Assembly: GCA_000002445.1 (NCBI GenBank)
Contig: AE017150.2
Span: forward strand, 800,001-864,000
Direction of reading: 5' to 3'
Length of the DNA stretch: 64,000 nt
Origin: Trypanosoma brucei
Lineage: Eukaryota
In this document: piece after piece, positions 1-8,635 of the stretch
Layout of the letters: each line of letters starts with the position of its first letter
Numbering within the stretch: the first letter of the stretch is position 1
The notes under the pieces: model-generated
What the model was told of the DNA's origin: nothing
What the model saw: only the letters and a program-made list of their open reading frames with translations
Databases searched by the model: none
Made by a program: the position numbers and the translations under genes

Positions 1-382
1 CAAAATCCTCTGAGCGGGCCCTTTTCTGTGCTTGCACGCTGACATTTCCGCGGTGCCGTTGCTGAATGAAGGTTTTAAACAATTCTACGGCAACACTCGT
101 GGTGAACTGCGCACAAAGTGGGTCCTTCACGGTGTCTCTATACTTCACGACAGCCGTATAAGGGGAAACAAAGGCTGGGGGTAGATTAGCCAGTGGGACG
201 GAGCAAGTGGACTTAACTTGTGCGGGAGCTGCGGCTGTAACGGTAGTTGACGGAGAGGGCAATGAAGAAGAGGGCGCAAGTGCCGCAGTGGTCGATGATG
301 ACTGTGGTGTCACAACGGGCTCTTCCGCTGCGGCTTTCCGCGACTTCAAAGCCTCAATTTTCTTTCTTAACAACTCAGCCAT
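1..382 (-). CDS. Partial CDS covering the N-terminal ~127 codons of a hypothetical protein that continues beyond the window start
   Basis: Hand translation of the minus strand from the ATG at 382-380 gives MAELLRKKIEALKSRKAAAEEPVVTPQSSSTTAALAPSS... and I saw no stop codon before coordinate 1. It is in the same orientation as all neighbouring genes, and a T-rich (coding-strand) tract lies at ~570-640 upstream. It is absent from the ORF track, presumably because it is truncated by the window edge. Confidence 0.4.
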   Translation of the reverse strand, partial: MAELLRKKIEALKSRKAAAEEPVVTPQSSSTTAALAPSSSLPSPSTTVTAAAPAQVKSTCSVPLANLPPAFVSPYTAVVKYRDTVKDPLCAQFTTSVAVELFKTFIQQRHRGNVSVQAQKRARSEDF

Positions 383-1492
383 ACTGGACGAGTTCGTAGT
401 GAAGGCACAACCCGACCAGACAAGTTGTTGGATCGTCGACGGAGTCCTTTTGTGATCTTTATTTAAAACTCTTCCTCTCCTCCTCCTCCTCTTATTGCCG
501 TTTCTGCTAACTCTTCTGCTTTCGTTCGCAGTCACTCGTCCCCTCTCCCCTCCCCTCTACGAACTCCACAAGACAGCTAAGTAGGAAAATACACGTTAAA
601 CAACAATAACAAAGAAAAAGGACGCACGGTAATATAACAATAATAAAAGTAACAGTCATGCCAGCTACAATATTAACACCGATAACTAATTACAGAGACT
701 GAAGTAGTGTTACCGTTCGACAGCATTGCCATCAACAATAAACAACATTACTGGACAGGGGAAAGAGATATGCACCAGGAAACTATACCGTTGACGTACA
801 AGTGCATGCATGTATATATATATACATTTCTATATGTTCAATCGTACTGTGCAAACACATACAAACCCAGAGGCATAAATTGGGGGAAAATAAACGAAAA
901 ATGACAAAGACGGCACACTCATTTGATGCGTTGACCGTTCAGCCATCAATCAATTGCATAGAGAAATTCTACAAAACGTGCACAAGCGTAATCAGTTAGC
1001 CTCCGAAGGTGGCATGCAGTAAAGGGGGATGTGTCAACAATCTAAAAAAATTAAATTTGAATGCACGTGGTAAGGAACAAGCCACGAAAGTCATTTCACC
1101 AGAACCCGCGATGCAAAACCAGATAGATCAATAGTAAATTGCAGGAAAACATGAAATTGACAGAATTCAACAGCAGAGAAAGAACACAAGTCATGTACTC
1201 CATACATCTGCTTGGCATACAGCAGACACGAAAGTGCATTGCGCAAAACAACGTTGGATGCCACTAGTGATTTTAACTCCTATTCCATCTTACCTTGCCC
1301 CCCATACTCAGCGCCTCTCAGACATAACTTGGTATCACTTTTCGTTTTCGCTTTCTCATTTTTTTTTCTTTTGGTTCCGTATCACACGCACCTAGGCACA
1401 GAGAAGGCTGAGACCTTACCTTCAAGTAATTTGCTCACATCTTCTTGGCTGTGCACCGCATTGTTCCCCCCTCATTAACAGGAAGATATCTT

Positions 1493-4400
1493 TCAAATCT
1501 CCGTTCGCCGCTTGTAGTCGAAGAGCTTATCCGCTAACGCTGCCACCGGATCCTCGGGACGCAACCGCACCACCTCCGCCATGAGTGGAGTCAAACTGGG
1601 AAGTACATAGCGCATCAAATATAACTCCGACGGAAGATCTTCCAAACCAGCTATTTCTGTAAACATCTCCTTTGCTTCAAAGTATCGCAGTACACAGCGC
1701 TCCTCTTCTACAAGCGCCTTCTCTCTAGAGCTGTCGATGCGAAGGAAGGTCTTGAAACCTCGCTTCAGATGGGAAAGCGCGCCAGATTCGCGCTCTAGAC
1801 TTCGATGCAAACTCCTCTCACTTTTCGTTTCCTCCATTATTGATTCAATCACTTCACCGCAAGTGGATAATCCAATGTTGTTGAGGACCCTTTCGCGGAG
1901 AACGTTGCAGTATTCAACAAAACCATCTTCTATTACAACCTGTCCACCCCCTTCTTCGCAATCCGTCTGAACCGCGCTTTCGGGGGTAAACATGGGAGCG
2001 AATACAATAGATGCGGAACGAGGAGGTCTCTCCCCACCGATCGGCTCCTCTCCATCCCAACCACCTCCAGCTGGAGCATCTTCCCCCTCCTCCGGTTTCT
2101 CCACAACTACGGTTTGATACCAGGAAAGAAGCGACTCAGTTGGTGGGGCATCCAAACGATAATTCGTAAGAAAATGCGTCAACTCTTCATGGGGATCCTT
2201 GTGGTCACCACCTTCAGCTATATCCTGCTTCAGCTCAGACACCTCCGCCTCCGCAATATCCCGGCTGGCCTGAATGAAAATGAAGCAGTCCGGGAAAAGA
2301 GCATCATTCGTCGGGGCAAGCGCATCATCTGATTGGAGAAAGGACTTTCCATCCATGGCGTTCAGCATTTCGCGCCGCCGTCCGTCATCCAACTCCTCAA
2401 GGGATGGTAGTGGGAACGCAAAATCACATGGCTTCGGTGGCTGTGCCCGTTCCGCACTGTTTCGGTACAACTTGGGTCGCTGTTGCTCCTTCTGCTCGGG
2501 GGTATAAGCGAGAAACACGAGTCGAGCCTGGCGAACAGTTCGTGGGAAGTTTTCGAGGATGTAACCCTGGTTCTTGCAGTCAGCTTGGCGTAACCTCCAG
2601 CGAACCATTACAGCGAGTGCTTCGTCAAAGTAGCGAATGGTGGGTGGAGGATCTGGGGATGTGTTAACCGCTGTCTTGCTCTTCGACTTTCGCCGACCCC
2701 TGCGATTCACTTCCACTTCCTCTTCCTCTTCCTCTTCTTCTTCTTCCTCATCAGATTTGGGGATTTGAGGGAACTCACCATTCAAGAGACGCAGGTTCAG
2801 CAACTTCGTGCAAAAGCGGTACTCCTCCCTCAGGGTAGCAATCTCAAATCGCTCCTGCTCATCCACTTGTTGTGCCAGTTGCCGCGCCTTCGTATCTGCG
2901 TTTGAGTCAGTTTCACTTTCCTCCTCGTCTTCCTCCTCCTCATCCTGCCCGTTCAGTAGCTGATGCTCTGGAATTATGTTTTCATCACCGTCGAGCTTAG
3001 GGGAAGGAGAAACAAGTCCTCCACCAGGTATACCTTGACCCTCTTCCCCTTCTTCATCGTCCAACTGTGTCGCTGCACCCTCCTCACTCTCTTCCTCTTC
3101 AAAATCTTCTTCCTCTTCCTCCTCATTTTCTTCTTCTTCCTCTTCTTCTTCGCCTTCCTCGTCATCATCATCATCCTCACCATTACCTCCCCTAGCGGCT
3201 TCCCTTTTGGCTCGGAGTCTCTCCTTCCGCTCCAGTAGCCGCCGCTGACGTTCGCGGCGGATCCGTTCCTCACGTGCAGCCTGTCTACGTGCCCGGCGCC
3301 GCAATAATATGGTCACCATTTGCTCCCTTACCTTCGCCACATGGGCCTCGAATGCAATTATTATGTCCTCGATTGTAAGATGAACAACATCAAATAAATT
3401 CGCCAATATGCGGGAAATCTCTGGTACCCTACCAAATGGGGGACCGGCGATAACAAGACGCATGGGGCAAAGTAAGCGTTCCGATTTGAACTCCTGCACA
3501 ACCTTGTCCACGTTGGCGACAAAACCACCGAGTGAAACCCAATCACTTTCCCCAAGCAGTTGTAAAGCAGCCCCAGACTCACAACGAACATTCAGGGCGC
3601 TGAACCAGTTGCCCAAGCCATGCGGCTCGTCAATGTACAGCCGTATGTCTGCCATCGCTATTTCCGGCGCCGCTACTTTGTTATCATATTCTTCGACGTT
3701 TCCCTTCACGAGGAGACCAATCTTATCCTTTTCCCTCACCTGCTGATCTAGAGACCGCAACCTATTGTATTCGGTAACTAAATCCCTCTCGAACTCCTTT
3801 TGTGAGAGCTCCATCTTTAAATATATCATTTTTAGTTCTATACCCTCCACAGCGCATTCGTGAGAGTTCAGTTCCTCTTTTTCCCGGTTGATCTTCTCCT
3901 CACCATCCGTGCAGCGCTTCGCATTCATAATGGACTTATACATTGAACGCTGTTTCGCAGCCTCTTCCAGTTCCCTTTTTCTCTTCAGGGAGATCGCCTT
4001 CTCTCGTGCAAGAGTGTCTAACTCCTCCATGTAGTTTTTGATACTTTCGTTAATCGACTCCTCTCTTCGTTTGAGTTCCTCCGACGTTTTTCGCTCCTCA
4101 ATCTCGTCAAGCACCTGCTTGTCGCGGTCGATGACGGGCTCTGTCACCTCAATTTCACCCCCAATGTAGGCCCGTATACCGTCAAGAATCTCCTTTTGGG
4201 TGTTATTTCCCTGATCGACGACAAACATGTAACGATCTTCCAGCGTGTCATAGGAAGAGCCAACGAGAAAAATGATACGTGAAAGATCCTTTACATGGAC
4301 GGTGGGAACGTAATTAGACCCGTCGCCATATTGAGTAATCGGCTGATGCCGCCACGCCGATAAGAAATGATCACGAAGCAAATCCTCACCGGCGCCATAG

Positions 4401-5278
4401 GGAAGTCCAGCCCAAAGCACATATGTGTGGAGGGTTTCAGAGTTTGCTTGCTTTACGGCGTGCTCCAGCGCCCGCCATCCGTGGTAGCGTGTGTCAGGGT
4501 ACCGGCGGCGATACTCCTCATCGCTCCAAACTTTCACTTCTAACTGCTCTTCCTCCTCTTCTTCTTCCTCCTCTTCCTCAGTCTCATCACCGTCTTCAGT
4601 GGACTGCTCCCTGTTGGCACGCTCCTGCTCCCGCTGGAGGCGCGCAGCTTCACGCGCGGCACGGCGCTCTGCTCTCCTATTTTCCAACTCGCGCATATCT
4701 GTTTGTGCCCATGTGAAAACATTCGAAACGAGTACGAATGTCTTTTCTACATTGTAATGTGTGCCTTTTAATATTTTAATCGCGCACTCCGCTTCAAAAG
4801 CATTTTCCTCGAGAACGGCAATGATTATGTCGTAGGTCAGCAACTGTGAGCGGAACTCCTCATCATTGATCTCACCGTGTCGCGGCACTACGGCGTTCAG
4901 GTACGGCCTCATATCATTAACATAGTGATGCACTGACTCTTTACCAGCAGCGCTGTCTGCGCCAGATGCGACGGTGGCATCGGGTGGGCACCCATTGAGT
5001 AGCCTAACGGTTGGGACCACTTCATTAATGCCGGTCGAGTTTGTTTCCTGAAATTGTACCTCGGTAGTGCCGCATAACCCAGAGCTCTGGCTCCGTGTTG
5101 CTCCCAGCTCCTCCATCTTGGGCGGCGTTGGTGCTTCTGTTGTGGATTGATGATGGTAAAACGTACCGTCGACAAGGTACTCCTTCGCATCATAAAATTG
5201 ACGGCACACATGCCTTCCAACAAAAGAGTCTACATTGAGCACGAGAACACGCTTCATTATTTCTTCTCTTGTTTTCAC
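1493..5278 (-). CDS. Large (1261 aa) hypothetical protein with poly-Glu/acidic low-complexity tracts and coiled-coil/Arg-Glu-rich segments. There may be an AK7-like N-terminal NAD(P)-binding-like domain and a degenerate adenylate-kinase-like segment (RLVIAGPPFGRVPEI)
   Basis: This is the longest ORF in the region and has coding-like composition. EEEEE runs are encoded by gaa/gag repeats. The N-terminus (KRVLVLNVDSFVGRHV) resembles a Rossmann-type beta-strand start. The AK7-like call rests on weak motif resemblance only. Confidence 0.6.
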   Translation of the reverse strand: MKTREEIMKRVLVLNVDSFVGRHVCRQFYDAKEYLVDGTFYHHQSTTEAPTPPKMEELGATRSQSSGLCGTTEVQFQETNSTGINEVVPTVRLLNGCPPDATVASGADSAAGKESVHHYVNDMRPYLNAVVPRHGEINDEEFRSQLLTYDIIIAVLEENAFEAECAIKILKGTHYNVEKTFVLVSNVFTWAQTDMRELENRRAERRAAREAARLQREQERANREQSTEDGDETEEEEEEEEEEEQLEVKVWSDEEYRRRYPDTRYHGWRALEHAVKQANSETLHTYVLWAGLPYGAGEDLLRDHFLSAWRHQPITQYGDGSNYVPTVHVKDLSRIIFLVGSSYDTLEDRYMFVVDQGNNTQKEILDGIRAYIGGEIEVTEPVIDRDKQVLDEIEERKTSEELKRREESINESIKNYMEELDTLAREKAISLKRKRELEEAAKQRSMYKSIMNAKRCTDGEEKINREKEELNSHECAVEGIELKMIYLKMELSQKEFERDLVTEYNRLRSLDQQVREKDKIGLLVKGNVEEYDNKVAAPEIAMADIRLYIDEPHGLGNWFSALNVRCESGAALQLLGESDWVSLGGFVANVDKVVQEFKSERLLCPMRLVIAGPPFGRVPEISRILANLFDVVHLTIEDIIIAFEAHVAKVREQMVTILLRRRARRQAAREERIRRERQRRLLERKERLRAKREAARGGNGEDDDDDEEGEEEEEEEENEEEEEEDFEEEESEEGAATQLDDEEGEEGQGIPGGGLVSPSPKLDGDENIIPEHQLLNGQDEEEEDEEESETDSNADTKARQLAQQVDEQERFEIATLREEYRFCTKLLNLRLLNGEFPQIPKSDEEEEEEEEEEEVEVNRRGRRKSKSKTAVNTSPDPPPTIRYFDEALAVMVRWRLRQADCKNQGYILENFPRTVRQARLVFLAYTPEQKEQQRPKLYRNSAERAQPPKPCDFAFPLPSLEELDDGRRREMLNAMDGKSFLQSDDALAPTNDALFPDCFIFIQASRDIAEAEVSELKQDIAEGGDHKDPHEELTHFLTNYRLDAPPTESLLSWYQTVVVEKPEEGEDAPAGGGWDGEEPIGGERPPRSASIVFAPMFTPESAVQTDCEEGGGQVVIEDGFVEYCNVLRERVLNNIGLSTCGEVIESIMEETKSERSLHRSLERESGALSHLKRGFKTFLRIDSSREKALVEEERCVLRYFEAKEMFTEIAGLEDLPSELYLMRYVLPSLTPLMAEVVRLRPEDPVAALADKLFDYKRRTEI

Positions 5279-5280
5279 AC

Positions 5281-5372
5281 GGAAGCAAGTAAGTAAGTGT
5301 CAAGGAAGTAATAATGATTGTTATGAAAAGGAAAAGGGAAAGGGAAAGGAATGAAAGGGGAAAGAATTCGTA
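5281..5372 (-). promoter_or_regulatory. Polypyrimidine tract / probable trans-splice acceptor region on the coding (minus) strand, upstream of the 1261-aa gene
   Basis: The + strand is strongly purine-rich here (ggaagcaagtaagtaagtgtcaaggaag...gaaaagggaaagggaaaggaatgaaagggg), which is CT-rich on the minus strand directly 5' of the ATG at 5278. In trypanosomatids the SL acceptor AG follows a polyY tract. Confidence 0.35.
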
Positions 5373-6088
5373 TATCAATTCAACTAGGTAATCGATGCAC
5401 AAGAAGGAGCGACGCCATACGCCCCCTATTGTAAATAATAATTCATTTGTTATTTTGACCTTCCACTAACCAATATCTATTTTCCTTTCTTTTCACACCT
5501 CTCAAAGCAAAACCAAACGCAGTTGATAAGCAGAAAATTGTAGACGGGGTACATATATATATGTATATTTATATATAACGGGTAAAAGGTAACGAACAGA
5601 TTAATAAAAAAATTACCAGAGAGCGAAAGAGAGGAAACTCGTCAAAACCACAACACGAGAAGCGGCAAACAAGACGAAGAAAAAAGTGAAAAGCCGTGAT
5701 AGATAAAGGCTCATTCAGCGCGCACAAAAAAGTAAAAGTCCTTGAAGCAAGCGACAGAGCAAAACGCGTCCACCGATAAGTGAATGGAACCAAGTGATGA
5801 AAGGCAGACGTTCAACTCTGCTGCACCTCAAAAAACTTCATGTGCTTCCTCATCAAAAAGAAAAACTCTTCCCCCAGATTCCCCTGGTTAATCACAAATT
5901 GACAAACAACCAGCAGCACACGGACTCACTCTCTCCAAGTCACACACACACACACATACATACAAAAAAAAAACATCACAGCTCCCTTTTCAACAGCCCT
6001 TTATCCCAACAGTTTCATTAGGAGCACATCACCTTCAAAAAACAACCGGAACTAAAGGCGTCTCTTCTCATAAGCCAGCAACCGAAAC

Positions 6089-6802
6089 CTAGGAATGACC
6101 ACCCGACACATTGTCACCTGTTGCAAAGGCACGTGGCGCGCTTGGTGCCGCAGTGTCATCCGGAAGCGCCGGACCGCCTTGCCGCCGTCTACGCGCAGCG
6201 CTCTCCTCTTGCGCTTCAACGGCAGTTTCTAAAAGTTGCTTGCGGCGACGCCGCGCCTCTCCAGCAGCCGCCATTGACGTGTCGACGCTTCCTGCACCCT
6301 CACGGCCATCCGGACTGGCACACAAACCAGAACCACCTTCAGTGGCCTGCGCGGCATCTAACATGTCTGACGTGAGCTGCACAAGCAACATATCAGGGTT
6401 CCACGGTACGTCCTCGTCGTCGAGTTGTTGTGAGAGACACGCAGTGAGTGCGGACATGTCGTAGTCCTCATGAACCGCCTGAAGAAAATCGTTCCATATG
6501 TTTGATATGTCAAGGGCCGCCAATTTGGGCAAAGTTGCTGCATAACCGATGGGAGCCTCGGCGACCAGCTCAACGAGGCGTTTGACTTCCTCCTTTTGCC
6601 TGCTCTCAGCCTGGTGACGATTTTCCTCATCAACACCGTCGTCGAGGCTGCGAAGGTTGCTTTTGGCAACGACCTCATCTTTTGGCCTTGGCCGGTGGTG
6701 CTTTGTGCCAGTCGCGAAACCCATCAGCGATTTGAGGGACGTCTCCGATTCCCCCGCCTTCTTCATCATGTTGGCACGCCGACCAAACTTCGGAGATTGC
6801 AT
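6089..6802 (-). CDS. Hypothetical protein (237 aa), no recognisable domain
   Basis: Complete ORF on the same strand as its neighbours, GC-rich and coding-like. No motif recognised. Confidence 0.5.
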   Translation of the reverse strand: MQSPKFGRRANMMKKAGESETSLKSLMGFATGTKHHRPRPKDEVVAKSNLRSLDDGVDEENRHQAESRQKEEVKRLVELVAEAPIGYAATLPKLAALDISNIWNDFLQAVHEDYDMSALTACLSQQLDDEDVPWNPDMLLVQLTSDMLDAAQATEGGSGLCASPDGREGAGSVDTSMAAAGEARRRRKQLLETAVEAQEESAARRRRQGGPALPDDTAAPSAPRAFATGDNVSGGHS

Positions 6803-7577
6803 CTTCGAGATTGTGTTTTTTTCTTGTAATTCCCCTTCACACCTCCTCTCTATGTTTATGAAAATTCCAATTTGTCAACAAAAAAGGAAGCGGAACCATT
6901 AAGCAGCACAGCAAGCACCAGCACACAGTAACTATTAGTGTGACAGCAGCGGGACAACAACATATGAGTAACAATTTCGCAACAGACAGCGAATGCAGGC
7001 TCGCAAATAATTGACACGTCGGGCGCCACGACCATTATTCTGCACTTCCCCTCATGCACTCAAGCACATGGTTAGTGGGATATAAGAGCCAAAACACGAA
7101 ATAAAAAAACGGAAAAACGTCTACCTTCAACAACATCCCTCCTCAGCACGCAGCTTAACAATCACAAAGGGGAAGGGAGGAAAGAGAGAGAGAAAGAAAG
7201 AAAGAGATGAACCTGAACAACGTCGCACGAATAAAGAGAAGCCTATGTCTAACTTAATCTTCCCACTTCACCCCTCCCATTAACACCATTTTCTTGCTTG
7301 TGCCCCACCCGTTTTTCAGTTTCTTTATTTGATCTTTAAACATCAATCGGTGTGCGCCACGACTTGCCTGTCACACAACTGTGTGCACGCCACTGTGAAA
7401 GAGAAACCACGGTGGCGGTGCAGCGCCATCCAACAACAACAAAGAAATATTCAACAAGTCATGCAAAAACATCCCCGAACAATCCTCGGTATGAAAAATA
7501 AGACAAAACAAACGTAGGGGCAGATACAGAGATAAATAAAGAAAGGACAGGGGATGGGGATGGTAAAAGGATCCCAC

Positions 7578-7907
7578 TCAATCGCGTTTCCGCTTGGCTC
7601 CAGCTAACTTCTCCCGAGTTGCGCTCTCAAAGTTTGCTGGTTGTGCCTTATCTTCGCTGACGTTATCCTTCAGAACGGAGACAGCCACAACATATTCACC
7701 ACGTAGTAAAATCATGCCTAATTTACGTTGTGGGCTGATACCTGCATCTTTCATCTTTTTTGTCTCTTTACGAGTCTCCACCGTGTCAGCCAACACAACA
7801 TTCATGAACTTATCAAAGAGGAGCATCTTCCCCGTCATCTCTCTGCCGTCCACAAGTGTTACCCGCAGCGTGCGGTTGATGTTGTGAAGCATATTTTGGT
7901 GGCCCAT
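7578..7907 (-). CDS. SmB: Sm core protein SmB (Sm fold)
   Basis: The 109-aa protein carries the Sm1/Sm2 pattern RVTLVDGREMTGKMLLFDKFMNVVLADTVE...RKLGMILLRGEYVV. It has the SmB-like layout with a Lys-rich insert between Sm1 and Sm2 and a short C-terminal tail. Confidence 0.8.
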   Translation of the reverse strand: MGHQNMLHNINRTLRVTLVDGREMTGKMLLFDKFMNVVLADTVETRKETKKMKDAGISPQRKLGMILLRGEYVVAVSVLKDNVSEDKAQPANFESATREKLAGAKRKRD

Positions 7908-8635
7908 CGCTAGTGAAAGCGCCTTTCTCCCTTTTTTAGTACTTAGTTATCTGTGTCAATCCCAATTGTTAACAACTTTAGTCCCCAGTTGTGTATATTC
8001 CTCCGCTAACGAAGCTGGAAGATATGGCAAGATCCTTGAAGGAACAGGAAAGAAGAAACTTGAAGTTCTTTCGTTTTCTGCTGTAGGGTGTGAGCGGCGG
8101 GGGGGTCTGCCTTCCTTTTTTTTTCCTTGTTTTACTTTACTTTCTCTAAACCAAATGAATAGAGTGAGTACGGCATTTGCAAAACCAATAGAAGAGAAAA
8201 AATAAAGGGAAAGAAAAGAAAAAAGAAGCAATAATCGAAGCAAATTAAAATAATTTTCATTAGTTGAGTGGGTACAGTTGTGAACGACGATTTCGGAGGA
8301 AATCAAAGATTAGAGATGTTGAATGGGGACTCCTCTCTTTTTTTCTTTTTGTTTCGCTCCTTTTTCCACCTCTCTCCGGGTAATCCTTATCGGGTCACCA
8401 CTATTAGTGTTCAGTTTGCACTTTAAAAAAAAATGTTCCCTCAGTTTCTTTTCTTAACTTTAACTCGGTTACTTCGTTCACCTTTCCCTTAAAGCAGTGC
8501 TAATACATCACACAACTGCACACTCCCTTAAAAGGTTTAAACGTACGGGACAAAAAGCGTTTGTTCAACTCAGAGGTTGGTACATTATATCATACCCCTC
8601 CAACTATTAACAAAACGAGCCACTACACAACGACA

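Noticed and set aside
2974-3273. A Lys/Arg-rich 99-aa ORF and a poly-Phe/Leu + strand ORF (2963..3238)
   Set aside because: Both are by-products of the GAA/GAG-rich segment that encodes the poly-Glu tract in the 1261-aa gene. They lie in an alternate frame or antisense to it.
6111-6464. + strand ORFs (6111..6464 and 6121..6375) opposite the 237-aa gene
   Set aside because: They are antisense to a co-oriented minus-strand ORF in GC-rich sequence, and the products are Ala/Ser/Arg-rich low complexity.
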